From NCBI RefSeq assembly GCF_009834535.1, contig NC_045697.1, forward strand, positions 36,148,001 to 36,212,000: a stretch of DNA of 64,000 bases, given 5' to 3'. The notes under the pieces are model-generated. The model was not told the origin of the DNA, did not search any database, and saw only the letters and a list, made by a program, of their open reading frames with translations. Below are positions 51,211-64,000 of this stretch, one piece after another; position 1 is the first letter of the stretch; each line of letters opens with the position of its first letter. The DNA is from Camelus ferus. Lineage: Eukaryota. The position numbers and the translations under genes were made by a program.

Positions 51211-53009
51211 TCAAGTTTTAAGTCTTCTCTGAGGTTGAAAAGTCCATAATGAAAACTCTTTTCAGAACACATCTTTAGTACCTATAATACAAGTCAGCAA
51301 TGGCATAAATGAGTCTAAATTACAGTATCATTTTTAAAAAGAGCATGCATTTTCCTCTTGTGATACCCAGAAGATCATAAATTAAGAACAAGCCCTGGAA
51401 AATAATGTTTCAAAATGGCACCTGACATTCTCATTTTACCAATTCTATGTGTCTTGCAATTATGTGTAGAGTAATTATTTCCCCAAGTTTTTCTTTTCAT
51501 TTTAAATATCCAACAAATATTTATTTATTGAATACCTAGTATATTTCAAGAATTATTCTAGGACTTAAAGAGAGTGGATGAAAAAAGACAAATTTCTTTT
51601 TCCCATGGAAGTGGTTTTTGCAAAGATCCACTCAATATGATTGTATCATTACACCTCTCTTCTGCTCTTCTCTAAAGAGTAAAAACACAAGTATCTTCCA
51701 CACATCTTTTTTATAGGGTATGTATCCTCTTGACCCCTGAACTGTCAGCTCCCCACCCAATCTCCTCACCTACACACATTCACACACACACATCAATGAT
51801 ACACACATGTGGTAGGTCTACCAAGTTTAAGGAACTTGAGCATGCTCACACAGAGGAACTGGGACTCAAATCCAGGCAGTCTGTCCTGATGCTCTAAACC
51901 TCTTTGTGTCATTGCCATTAGCCACTCCCTCCTCCTCATTTTGTTCCCAAATGACAGGATGACAAATAAGGGTGAGCAGAGGGGAAGTGGGGCATGGTGA
52001 ATGAAAGAAACCTGTCAGTTGAAAGCATGGGATCTTTTCTGGTCCTGCCTCTTGCACCCAGCCATCTAATCTGAGTCTGAGTTTATTTCTTTTTAAAACT
52101 TCTGATAATGGTATCTGCTCTGACTCTCTTGTTAGAAAATAATGTTAAATATTTTAGAAAAAAGGCCATAAAAATGTTTCTCTAGAAAAGCAGGATACAA
52201 AATGGTCCATTAAAACTATGTAAAAATGCACAGGTAAAATTTGTCTTTCAGTGGAGCGATTATAGGCCTTTTTTTGGTTAAAATTATTTTAGGTCATTTA
52301 AAATTTCTTCTTTTGACTTTTTAACATTTAAAAAATTTATTTGATTAACATATATTCATTCATACATTCTTTGACTCAGCACACAGATATTTATTTCTGC
52401 TGTAGTCACTATATTGAGGTTAAAAAAAAGAAAACACAGTGGAAGATATTTTGATGTATGTACATTCTAATGTGATATGCACAGTTGTCCAATGGAGTAA
52501 AGGATTTTTTTTTCCTTTAAAACTCCATCTTTAACATTGTTCCTATGTCCACTTTGAAATCAGAAAATTTAATAAGTCTTAAAAAAAGTCTGAGTACTTA
52601 AGAGAAACAAGATCTTATGGGGACAGCTCATCCCCCAGTAATGCTGGACAAGTGAGGTACTGATTAGACTTTTTCAAAATGGCAGATGGGCAGTCTTGGG
52701 CACTGCATTCTACCAGCTCCAGATTAAGTGGCAGCAAACCTTGCCAACATCAGTCTGGCTAAATAGCTGATGTGATTAACTGAGTCAACAGTCAGTAGAG
52801 GCCATGAGGAACATTTCAAGATGACAAAGGGCTCAGAGTTGGATTAGATTAGTCTACTTCAGTAATACAGATAACATTGCCATATCTGGAACTAAAAATT
52901 ACAATGCTTCCTTTGGAGCCCAATAGTTTTACATACTGGTGGGAGGCTATGAAGGAAGAACAGAAACCAGGAAAAAGCTATCCAGATAATGTATCTGATT
53001 GCCCACACC

Positions 53010-53568
53010 ATCCCTGGTCTCGTTCCAATCCATTCTCCACCTTGAGGCCAGTGTTTTACAAAACACATATATGATCATGTTACTCCTAGGCTGAAAATCC
53101 TTCAGTGGCTTCCCACTACCCTGTTTCCTCCAACGTTTCCTTCTCATGGCCCACCAGACCCTGCATCATCTGGCTCCTGTCTCTCCATTCTCCGTGGGCT
53201 TCAGCCATGCTTCCTTCAGTTCCTTAAACTCCCCAGTGCCCTTTCTTGCTCCCTGGGAAAGCTGCCCACTTCTGTCTCTCCACTTCCTGTTGGGTGGCAG
53301 CTTAACAGCCTCTTCCTCAGAGATGCTCTCCCTGAACACTTGTGGACTGGTCAGGTCTCTCCCAGTATGTTTGCTCTCATAACATCAGGCTAGCTTCCTT
53401 CATGACCCTATTATGATGCTCTAATTCTGTATCAATTTGTGAGATTGTTTTCTCTTCCTCTCTTGGCTAAACTGCAGAGACCATGTCTGTCTTATTTCCC
53501 ACTGTATTCCTAGTACCTGGCACAGTCCAGTTACTTAGGACACTTAGTGAATAAAAGGATGAATAAAT
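53010..53568 (+). mobile_element. L2 3' region
   Basis: tgatcatgttactcctaggctgaaaatccttcagtggcttcccac...cactgtattcctagtacctggcacag. Confidence 0.8.
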
Positions 53569-53613
53569 GAAATTTGCAAAGAGCAACAAAAGTTTTAGTA
53601 CATTTTATATCAC

Positions 53614-54007
53614 TGTGGCAGACAGGCTGGATGCTGACTCCTTGAATTTTCTTCCTGGCACTCAGGAGGTCCCTCATCAGCCTGCCTTCCTTCCACTGGG
53701 TTCTGGGGGCATGAGACTGTGCTCTGTCCAAGAGAATGTGTGCAGGAGTGACAGTGGCCTCTTCCTGGATGAGCAGCAGAACATTCTGCACAATCTTCTG
53801 GACCACTTTTTCCCCAGCAGTGTGGTTGGAAGCTACAGATTCTGAGATGGTGGGAGCACCCAGGAGAAGGAGCCCAGGTCCGAGTCACCTCGTAAAGGAG
53901 GGCCACCTTGATCACACTAGGCTTGAGTAAGAAAATGAAACTTTACGTTAAGTCACCTTGATTTTCTTTTGTTTTTTAATTACAGTAGCTAGGGTTGATT
54001 CCTACAG
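53614..54007 (+). mobile_element. MaLR LTR (MLT1J/K-like)
   Basis: tgtggcagacagg...gagtaagaaaatgaaactttacgttaagtcac...ttacagtagctag; explains the ORFs at 53531-53930. Confidence 0.65.
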
Positions 54008-54399
54008 TTGCTTATGTCACTAAATTGTTTTTCAGTCTGGATACAGAGTAAAGCTAATGATACTGAAGCAAACTAATGATGTATCAAAGTGTTAACTCCT
54101 CTGAAGTTAAAATCCTGAGGTTTACCACCATTAAAAAAAACTTCAATTAAAGAAAAAAGTAAGGATTTTAAAGCAGTTCTGCAGAGTACTTCCCCTCATA
54201 TTCTAGGCAAAGGGAAGGAAGTTTGGAAAGTCTAGGATTCAAGGAAGGAGAAAAAATACAGAAAAGACCTAAACATGTTAAAAAGGAGATGAGGCCATCG
54301 AAGAATAATGGCTGGTCCCTCAATTAGGGCTAATTTCCCTACAGGGCCCCAACCTATAGGTCAGGTATTCAGCAGTAGGCCCCTTTCTTTTAATAAAAG

Positions 54400-54843
54400 T
54401 ACAGCAGGGAATCTAATTATTTTAAAAATGCAAAACAAATCACATTACTCCCCTTCTGTTCAAAGGCTTCACATTGCCTTTATAATAAAATCCAAGATCC
54501 TTAAGGGGCTGCGAGCCCTCACATGATTGGGTCACTGTCTACATCTCCAGCTCCAATTCTACCCCCTCTCCCCTTTCCCTTGTCATTCCAGATACACCAA
54601 CCTTCTTTCAGTTTCTGGAACTTTGGGGGTTTCTTCCCACTTAGGGCCTTTGTGTCTGCCCTTCTCCTAGCTAACTCCTCCTCATCCTTCACTTCACAGA
54701 TCAACTGTTACTCCTTTAAGAAAGTATTCTGCAGCCCTCCAGATTAGGGTGGAATCTTGATTTACTGTTTATTACAATCTTCTTGTCATGTGTCCCAATA
54801 TCCGGCACCAGTAAGTTCTCAATAATCATTTGTTAACTGATGA
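54400..54843 (+). mobile_element. L2 3' region
   Basis: ttttaaaaatgcaaaacaaatcacattactcccc...tagggcctttgtgtctg...ctcaataatcatttgttaactga. Confidence 0.75.
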
Positions 54844-55025
54844 GGTCATGGGAGGCAGTAAAGAATAACAAGAAAATGAAGACCTTACATTATGAACTAG
54901 AACACCCTTGAGCTAATCTTCCCTTGAGATATTCAGGATCTTACATGTTCCAGCTACTAACAGATCCTTGATCTTTCAGATGGGACAGAGGGACAGGCCC
55001 AAATTAAAGCCTCAATGGTATCAAT

Positions 55026-56283
55026 GACAGCCACATGTAAATCAATGAAGTTAGAACACCATACACAAAAATAAACTCAAAATGGCTTAAAAACTTAAAC
55101 ATAAGAAAAGACATGATCAAAAACATAGACAAAACATTTTCTGTCATAAATCTTAGCAGTGTTCTCCTAGGGCAGTCTACCCAGACAATAGAAATAAAAG
55201 CAAAAATAAACAAATGAGGCCTAACTAAATGTATAAGCTTTTGCATAGCAAAGGAAACTATAAGCAAAACAAAAAGAAAACCTACAGAATGGGAGAAAAT
55301 ATTTGCAAATGATGCAGCTGACAAAAGCTTAATTTCCAGAATATAAAAACAGCTCATACAACTTAATAATAAACAACCCAATCCAAAAATGGGCAGAAGA
55401 CCTAAACAAGCAATTCTCCAATGAAGACATACAAATGCCAATAGGCACATGAAAAAATGCTCAATATTGCTAATTATCAGAGAAATGCAAATCAAAACTA
55501 CAATAAGGTATCACCTCACACTAGTCAGAATGGTCATCATTAAACAGTCCACAAATGATAAATGCTGGAGAAGGTGTGGAGAAAAGGGAACCCTCCTATA
55601 CTGTTGGTGGGAATGGTAGTTTGGTGCAACCATTATGGAAAACAGTATGGAGATTCCTCAAAAGACTAAAATTATACTTATCATATAATCCAGTAATCCC
55701 ACTCCTGGGCATATGTCCCAAGGCAACTCTAATTCAAAAAGATACATGCATCCCAGGGTTCATAGCAGCACTATATACAATAACCAAGACATGGAAGCAA
55801 CCTAAATGTCCACTGACAGATGACTGGATAAAGAAGCTGTGGTATATTTACACAATGGAATACTACTCAGCCATAAAAAAGAACAAAATAATGCCATTTG
55901 CTGCAACATGGATGGACCTGGAGATTGTTATTCTAAGTGAAGTAAGTCAGAAAGAGAAAGAAAAATATCATATAATATCACTCATATGTGGAATCTGAAA
56001 AAAAGAAGACACAAATAAACTGATCTATAAAACAGAAACAGACTCACAGGAAAAGGATAAATTGGGAGCTTGAGATTTGCAAATATTAACAACTATATAT
56101 AAAACAGATAAACAAGTTTCTTCTGTATAGCACAGGGACCTATATTCAATATCATGTAGTAACCTATAATGAAAAAGAATCTGAAAATAAATATATATGT
56201 ATATGTATGACTGAAACATTATGCTGTACACCAGAAATTGACACATTTTTAAGTGACTATATGTCAATAATTAAAAAGAAAAA
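55026..56283 (+). mobile_element. Younger 5'-truncated L1 (ORF2 C-terminal part and 3' UTR), same family as 36160-36729
   Basis: [16 protein letters not shown]...FIAALYTITKTWKQPKCP..DWIKKLWYIYTMEYYSAIKKN is the L1 ORF2p C-terminus; 3' UTR aligns by eye with 36400-36729. Confidence 0.95.
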
Positions 56284-56424
56284 GACTTATCCAATGAGCA
56301 TTTAATAAAGAGAGCAAAAATGAAAGTGGAGAAAGAGTCCATTCTTGGTCCACTTTCAGGCAATTTAGGTCAAGAGCTGAAAAAAAAAACAGTAGTCACA
56401 AGAGACTGTAGAGGTATTTTCATA

Positions 56425-56755
56425 CAATGCAAAGCTACTCAGCATTCAAAAAGCAATAGGCTACTGTTACTTAACAACAACATGGATAGATCTCATAGAC
56501 AAAATGTTGAATAAAAGGAGCCAGACACAAAAGAGCACATACTGCATGAATCAAGCCATACAAAGCTGAAAGCTGGCAAAATTAATGTATGGTGAAGGGA
56601 GTCACAATGGCGATTACGTCTGTGAGGACAGATGGGGGTAGGTACAAGTGAGCTGCTGGAAATACTGTACATCCCCGTGGGTGCGTACATATGAAAACTT
56701 CCTTAGTCCACAGACTTATGATTTGTGCTAAGTGGTACTTTAATGAAAAATAAAA
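56425..56755 (+). mobile_element. Ancient L1 (L1ME-like) 3' UTR
   Basis: caacaacatggatagatctcatagacaaaatgttgaataaaaggagccagacacaaaagagcacatactgcatga. Confidence 0.8.
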
Positions 56756-56759
56756 CAGG

Positions 56760-57318
56760 GACTCCACTGCTGAAATCCCTGCAATGGCTCCATCACGGTC
56801 TGTGGGATAAAGTCTAAATTCCTCAGGAAGGTGAACAAAGTGCTTTGTAATCTAGCCCCTCCAGACCCTCTCATCTCAACTCCCAGTGCTGCACACGTGC
56901 ACAGGCTCCAGGCATGTGTTCCCCCTGAAATTCTCTCTACAGGTCATTCCATTGCTTACCTCCATGCTTCTGTTTCTGCTGTCCGCTCTGACTAGAGAGG
57001 CATCAACATGCTGTCCCCCTGATGCCCTCCTAGTCCTCAGGGAATCGCTCGACTCTGCCCCTTGGTGACGACTCCCTGGCCTCCCTGGGACTGAGTCAGG
57101 AGCATCTTCTCCTCGGTTGTTCTGTGTATCTTTCATCTGTCCTATAATTTATGACAGTTATCATTCCGTACTTTAGTTGACATTTTACATGTCTGTTTCC
57201 CCACTAAAGATAAGGCTCCTCAAGGGCAAGAATCATGTATTTTCCAGCTCCATATCCTTACTTCCTGGCACGGTGCCTATCACACAGAAGGTGCCTGATA
57301 AACATCTATTGAATTTGA
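56760..57318 (+). mobile_element. L2 3' region
   Basis: ctgctgaaatccctgcaatggctcc...gtctgtttccccactaaagataaggctcctcaagggcaag...ataaacatctattgaat. Confidence 0.75.
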
Positions 57319-57609
57319 ACCGGAAAATGCACAGTAGGACATACAACTGGTAGCCAAGAATAAGGACATTTTAATCAGTATTAGTTTAAAGAAACTGAAA
57401 CCTTTTAGGGCATAAGAAAGCAGAGATAGGTGAAGTAAAGAATCAGAATGAATAGCTCAGTCTTCCAAAATGAGGTTTTTTTTTTAAGTCCACCTTTAAA
57501 AAGTTAAATTTAACAGATTAAGAGGAGAGAAGCAGCCATGATGATAATTTAAGGGTTTGGGTTTGTGGGTGCAGGGCATGCATTAGGTCAGGATATTCAC
57601 AATAGCAGT

Positions 57610-57845
57610 AATAATACCTAATTGTAGTATCTAACATTTATTGACTGCTTACTATCTACTAAGCAATTTGCCTTCATTATCTGATTTAATCTTCAAAGCA
57701 AGCCCTTGAAGGTCTGCTATTAATCTCCATTTTATGTATTAGGAAACTGATGCTCCAAGAGGATAAGGCACCTGCTGGAGGTCACACAGACGGGATGTGG
57801 CAGAGTTCAGGTTCTACCTGGGCCTGTGAAGCTCCGGAGCCTGCG
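57610..57845 (-). mobile_element. MIR SINE
   Basis: ctaacatttattgactgcttactat...ctccattttatgtattaggaaactga...ggtcacacag. Confidence 0.8.
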
Positions 57846-60194
57846 GCAGTAAGACTTTTGTCAGTCACTCCCAAACGAGCATCTCAGAAGCCCAGAGCAT
57901 AGTGGGGTGGTAAGTGGAAAAGTGACACAGCTTCTTTCTCGTGTTTACTTGGAGCATTTAAACGTCCATAGCTGGAGACCTACCCTTGAGAAAGAACGCC
58001 TGGGAATCCCAGAGGTAAAGAAAGTAGCCTAAAAATAGGCCCATTGCAAAACCACATATGAAGCTGTGTGGCAATTTCCTGTAAGGTATTCAGCCCAGTA
58101 CCTCTAGGACAAAACAGAACCATCCTAGAGGAAGCTACAAGAAGACATATCTGAAGAAATGGCTACCAATGGCCACATGCCAAAAAAGAAAAGGAAAGAA
58201 AAGAGAGAGATAAAAGAAAACACCCAGATTCAACAGAATCTTATGACAGACTCATGGGTCCTGCAACAACCCACAAGCACACATTATACTAAATGTCCAG
58301 GCCAGCTGAATCCCATCTCGTTTATTTCGGGCAAATCTTGGACACAGTATATTTAGTGTGGCTTCCTAGGGTTTCAATTATTGGTGCATTTGCCCATTTG
58401 CTTGGCCTCTCTTCTGACTAGCTGAAGTGAAAAGGACCTCTCTGGCCACAGCAGACCACCATCAGAAGAACCACTATCCTCTCTGAGACTCTTAATGTGG
58501 TTCAGTCCTAGACCTGGTCCTTAACTGAAAAGGGAGAGTAATAAAGTGGCCCCAGATGAACATGTGTACCCCTGGCACCTTTACCAAATTATATTGCCAG
58601 ATCTTTCTATGTTATTCTTCAAGGTACCTCCCAAAACCAACATTTCCAGGGTGTCCTGCTACTCTGTAATATAGCTAAAAGAATTTTTTCCCCCTCAGGT
58701 CATAGGGGAAGGCAAACAGACACATTTTTTACATTGACAGGCCTAGAAAAATAACAATGCACTGCCTGTATTACACAATGGGGCCTTGTATTTTTACAGC
58801 TAAGCTGCACTGAAAATGCAGCCAGTGGACCCAGACTAAATCAATTTAATGACCTCAGGTGAGGACCCAGGGGAATGTCCATTTTACAGCAAACCCTGAC
58901 CATGCAGCCTCGGCCACAATAATTGGGCCCCATCAACATCTCTAAAATGTTAATGTGAAATGTATGTTTTAGCCCCCAAAGAAATGACAGCTCCTGGGCT
59001 TAAGGAAAGGGAACACAGCCAGTTTCATAGGAAAGAGCTGATTCTGTTTTACCCACAACAAAAGGACTTAACGTCTAATATTTTTTCCTAAAAATTAGTC
59101 AATTAAATTGTATAATTGTACATGAATGACAATTTGAACAATAACAAGTAGTGTGAACTAGCCTGACTCCCACCTAGAGACATGATTTTCCACAGGATTT
59201 TTGGTATACAGTATATTGTGTTTCTTTCTAATTGGTAGCTTCCCTAGTGAGGAACCACTTTTAGCCACTAATAATTTGTTGCTATACTTTCTTCCATGTC
59301 CTTCAGTTTTAGATTCCTGTATATATGGGGAGGGAAGAAGAATAAGGGTGCTGACTGGGGAGACTAAAGACAAACAATGAGGCTGTAGAAGGAGATATTG
59401 GGAAAAGGAGGAAAGTTGAGTACAGATGATAAAGACCAAAAAAGCAGAAACAAGGAGCTTGCTCATCAACACGGGGAGAAAGTAAGTGCCATTCAAGGCT
59501 GGGAGGGAGGGTAACTGCAGGCCTCTCATTAGTTTTCCAATGTGGTTGAGCAGAGAAGTCAAGTCACATATACCTTGTCTTGTGCTAGCAGCCAAAAAGT
59601 AAAGTTACCAACAGCGATGCTGAGCAGCTAACAGGCAATGCAGAGACTAGCAGGACCACCCACCTTATAGAACAAGGACAGCTCAGAGGGTAGAGAAGCA
59701 CTCAGCACCCTCAGCATAAGCCCTCTCTGGAATTCAAGCAAAGGGAATCTCCCCCGCATCCTCAGCACCTAATTTGCCTGTGTAGCTGTGACTATCAGAT
59801 AAGATCTGCCCATTTAACAGGCAGTTGAATTTATTATTAACTCAGCTCATTTCAAATCTAATTACAAACATGATGAATCTGAACAGTCTTCTTTAAATAA
59901 CAATGCTAAGACAGGGATGGCAATTTTAGTATCCCATGATATTAAATGGATTATTTAAGTAAGAGTCCTATGTCATTTGTAAGTAATACTTTACCGGTAT
60001 ATTTCCATGTAATTGAGGAGAGCAGAGCAGGAGATTCATTTACTTTAAGATCTGAATTAATGTTATAATTAGTAAAACAAAAGTATGTTTTTGATATAGT
60101 CAGACAACCACATAGAGAGTTGACTGTGTCTTCTGTTCAAATACACATAATGTTCCAGGGAAAATGGCTGTTTTAAATATGCGCAGAATTGCAG

Positions 60195-60358
60195 GGGCCT
60201 GGCTGCACACTGGAGTCACCTGGCGAGCTTTACAAATTGTTATTCCCAGGGCACACCCCAGGCCAATGACTTTAGAATCTCTGCAGGTGAAATCAGGTGC
60301 CAATAGTTTTAAAACTCCTCAAGTGATTCCAATTTTCAGTCAAAGTTCAAAACTATTG
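60195..60358. mobile_element. MER5 (MER5B-like) hAT-Charlie MITE
   Basis: cctggctgcacactggagtcacctggcgagcttt...cagggcacaccccaggccaat...gtgattccaattttcagtcaaagttcaaaactattg. Confidence 0.8.
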
Positions 60359-60678
60359 CCAAAAAGGAAAGCAAGACAGCCCCTAAGATGCTGCCTTTAA
60401 CTGAATCTTTTGGCCGGGATCTATCACCCGACCTTTTTTTAGCCCACATCTGGAATCTTACCCACCACTAGTTTTGGGATTTGCCTCCCCAAATGAACAA
60501 ACAAACAAAGCTGTGAATAAAATTTCTTTGGTATGGTACACAATGATATAACAGATGTTGCAGAATACTTGTGTCACTAAAAGCAATAATAATATAATAG
60601 TGTTGTATTTTAAATAATTTTAATATTTATAAAAGTATATAAAAGCTTAAAATATCATTATAAGTATATAATGATTAA

Positions 60679-60680
<2 letters not shown>

Positions 60681-60773
<93 letters not shown>
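60681..60773. repeat. Compound microsatellite (TTG)10(TTA)21
   Basis: Direct reading. Confidence 0.97.
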
Positions 60774-60774
<1 letters not shown>

Positions 60775-61085
60775 CCATTGAACCCCTACTATATGCTGGG
60801 TCATGTGCTGGTTAAATCCTCCCAAAGCTGTGAAAGAGAGGTTTCATTAGCCTTATTTTACAGATGAAGAAACCTAGTAAAGGACAGAGCCACCACTTGG
60901 AACTACCATGGACTTGGCATGACAACATTTTATCTTATTCAATCTTCAAAGCAACCATATGGAGTAGACATTTTAGAGATGAGGAAACTGAGGTTCAGAG
61001 ATAAACTATCCTGGGGTCCTGTATGTACCAAATGGCAGAGCTGGGGTGTGGATCCTGGCTGTGCCTGACTTCAAAGCCTGCCTGA
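60775..61085 (-). mobile_element. Two adjacent MIR fragments
   Basis: ccttattttacagatgaagaaac (~60850) and ttttagagatgaggaaactgaggttcagaga...tggcagagctgggg (~60970-61050). Confidence 0.75.
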
Positions 61086-61834
61086 TCACTTAAACATTAA
61101 GTTAAAAAACAAGCAGAGCCCAATTTGCCAGTCTCCATTTTGCAAATGCCTTCTAGTAACATCTCTTTTTCTTTTTCCTGACTGTGGCTGGGAAGGGGTG
61201 ATCTGCAGGCCTCTTTTTCCATATAGCCAAGTTTCAAAAACTAATTCAGTACAGTAACTCAACTCAAGGCTCCTTACATGGCAGGAGATTGGCTGAAAAG
61301 ATCTCCGTTATTCTCAGAACAAAGTATTGCTCCTTGCAATTTTGCAATCTGAAATTTTATGTATTAAGAAATCTCTAGATCTATAGTAACTAGATACATA
61401 AAGCAAATTCCTATTTCTTCTTTTTTAATGATAATCTTTCCACTTTAAGTGAGAAGAATAGAATCTCCTATTGACAGGGTTCCTAGACTCATTTGGTCCA
61501 GTTTTCTCATTTGTTTAAAAATGGTGATACTGAGGTCTAGAAAAATGATTCTTTCAAATGAACCAAAAATTTTTTAGACCAAGACAGTATGCTCTGCTGA
61601 TTGGCCATGGAATTAATGAAGAACACACAGTGGTTTAAAAAAAGAAATTAAACATTGTAGAATTAGGTCAGAGTGCTAAGAACTAGAGGCCCAGTTAATT
61701 CTACTTCCTTTCCATAGAATTCCTCTATGAAAAAGATACCATGCTCTGTATTATTTCAAAGCTATCACAGGGGTATCAAGGAGGGTCATTTGGCCCAGGC
61801 TCTGACCTATGAAGGGCCTCAAAATGTGGGTACA

Positions 61835-62235
61835 TGGCATAATGACATTTGTCTTTTCCATTCTCATTCTCTTATGAGTACACAATGTCCTGTGATATCA
61901 CAACAGACGATGCAAAAGGAGACGGGAGACTCCACCTGTCTTTTATTGATCAAGACAGTAAAGAAACTTGCAAAAATATAAAACAATGCCACTCACTATA
62001 TATATGTACTTTTTTGTTTTTGAAAATACAGGTTTTTTTGGTAAAGGTATGTTTACTTTCTATGTTTACATAGTTTGTTGCTATGCCAACATGTAATGGA
62101 GTTATTATTGTCCATTTTAATTTCTAATAGATAAACAGTAATAGATAAAACATATTTAAAAAGCTCTTTGAGGTTTCTGAATTATTTATAAGAATGGGCA
62201 GAGATCCTGAAGACCATAAAGTTCCAGAACTGGTG
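61835..62235 (+). mobile_element. Charlie1-like hAT DNA transposon 3' fragment
   Basis: tgtgatatcacaacag...agacagtaaagaaacttgcaaaaatataaaacaatgccactc and aaaagctctttgagg...gatcctgaagaccataaagttccagaac. Confidence 0.7.
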
Positions 62236-62554
62236 CTTTACTGGGTCATAACACCTAGAGTGAACTATGAATTCAGAATTTATCCTACATTTACTAGTGC
62301 ATAGCAAAAATAAACTGCATTATATTTTTGGTTAAATACATTTACCAAGTACTTTTATACAAATAGCATATAACAGAATATCAATAATGAAAATATAAAT
62401 ATTTAAAACATTTGATAATTTTTGTAAGCCTATTTTAACATTTCTCTATTTTAAATGTGGTAAGAGCTTAAACAACATTAGACCTTTCTCAAGTTCTGAA
62501 CATCCATTAGTGAAAGAAACATGAAATTGAACTCAGGTTCGGCATTGTCAACAC

Positions 62555-62750
62555 TAATGGCTAGTAGTTTATTGGGTACTTACTCTGTGCCAGGCCTGTT
62601 TCTAAGTGTTTTCCACTTGTTCTCTCATTGAGCCCTCACGACAATATTAGAGGATGGCTTGTCCAAGGTCGTCTTTTTCTGGTAAGCAGGGGAGCCGGGA
62701 TTCAGACCCAAGGAGTCTGTCTCCAGAGCCCCTGCTCTAAACCACTGCAT
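62555..62750 (-). mobile_element. MIR SINE
   Basis: tttattgggtacttactctgtgccagg...ggcttgtccaaggtc...ggattcagacccaaggagtctgtctccagagccc. Confidence 0.8.
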
Positions 62751-62871
62751 GGACCACTATGACATACCCAGTCCACGCCTGTTTTAGGAACCTTCATCTC
62801 CTACTTGCCAGAGTAAAGGCATTTTGAGTGCAAATGGGGAAATGGGAAGTACAAATCAGAAAGGCTCTTAA

Positions 62872-62907
62872 GTGGATGATGGGATGTGGATGACGGGATG
62901 TGGATGA
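62872..62907. repeat. 14-bp tandem repeat (GTGGATGAYGGGAT) x2.6
   Basis: gtggatgatgggat gtggatgacgggat gtggatga. Confidence 0.85.
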
Positions 62908-64000
62908 GAGTCCTTGGTTCTGCCTTCTGCTGCCTTTACATTGTGGGTTCCTTGAGGGCAGAGTTCTGTTTACTGCCATTGTATTATTTATTCATTTAGA
63001 AAATAACACCCTGTGTGTGAAGTGCTTCAGGGCGGGGAGATCAGACAGTAGTTTTTAAGGACTTCTTCCCTGGGGAGGTGTGTCACAGAAATTCTCATAA
63101 AGGCAATATGTTCCCCTATTTACATTATGCAAATCTGATCGTCTCACTCAGTCTGTCTTCAGCACTTTATTTAAAAGGAAACGTGATAGCAATAGACAAT
63201 GATACAAGAGAAACCATAGGTCACTTTTCGCAAACCCAAATTTGGATAGAGGGGTGACAGCCAGCTGGCCTGATGTTATTACATCCAGATGTGGCACAGC
63301 CTTTAGCCTGGGGAGGTGTGTTATTAGGTGATTTGAAAATATACATTATTATTATTGTAATTACAAAAGACAACATAGAACATCATCAACCTCAGTAGTA
63401 GTACTATTAACATTATTCACAGTCTCTCATGGAAGAGTTATCTTTGTTTTCATCAAGCTCCTTACTTCTGTATGGGCAACAGCTGGTTTTGGAAATTTTC
63501 CCCTGCATTTCTGCTCAAACTCAATCCTAGTTATCAGAGAATCAAACAAAGAATTATAGGTATTCTTTGCTTAAGCATCTTAACATATACACCTACTAGA
63601 AAAATAATATTCCTAAGTCAGCTGGGGTATTCAGGAGTGGGGAGAATGGTATTCTGACTAATAACCAAAATTAGGAGCTCTTCCTACCTGTGTTTTTAAA
63701 AATTTAATCACATATTACAACTTTTATCCCACCATAATATAAATGTAACAGCAGGATAAAATACTATTCAAGTGTGACACACAGAAAAAGAAAGTGTTTT
63801 CGCTTCAGGTGAGAGGCATTGCAATATTACATGTGCGATTAGGCACAAGTACACTTGCTTTTCGAGTGCACTGCAGGGATTCAGTCTCTTGAGTAACAAG
63901 ACTGCTATCATTACATGGAACCCATATAATTTAATAGGTGTACAGTGACATGAAACCACTATTAAAAATGTGAAATAACCTTGGCCTACCAAGGAAAGTA

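Noticed and set aside
55004..55495. 163-aa hydrophobic minus-strand ORF
   Set aside because: Antisense reading of A-rich L1 ORF2, a common artefact
55555..55998. 147-aa ORF as a gene
   Set aside because: It is the L1 ORF2p C-terminus. Its first ~20 codons are off-frame: the true frame [18 protein letters not shown] ends in a stop after a frameshift near 55617.
985..58038. Scattered AP-1 (TGASTCA) and MEF2-like (CTAAAAATAR) sites
   Set aside because: Short or AT-rich motifs, unclustered and at a frequency compatible with chance
1..64000. CRISPR array, prokaryotic operon or known miRNA
   Set aside because: No regularly spaced direct repeats, no gene-dense ORFs and no mature miRNA sequence I recognise; the DNA is mammalian and repeat-rich

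Overview
Mammalian nuclear DNA, very probably camelid (Camelus/Lama/Vicugna): it carries at least seven copies of a tRNA-Ala(AGC)-derived SINE matching the camelid Vic-1 family, and I saw no Alu, B1 or Bov-tA elements. I could not identify any protein-coding exon of a known gene. The window reads as intronic or intergenic DNA dense in ancient eutherian repeats (MIR/MIR3, L2, L1M, MLT1, MER21-, LTR16- and LTR41-like LTRs, hAT-Charlie elements), plus two younger L1 3' ends and microsatellites. All L1 pieces and all long (CA)n tracts lie on the + strand, which hints at a long minus-strand transcription unit. Several weak minus-strand exon candidates exist, three of them phase-compatible. Repeat subfamily names come from recalled consensus sequences and most boundaries are approximate unless a target-site duplication (TSD) is given. 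No CRISPR array, genuine tRNA/rRNA gene or recognisable miRNA was found, and I found no convincing novel system.
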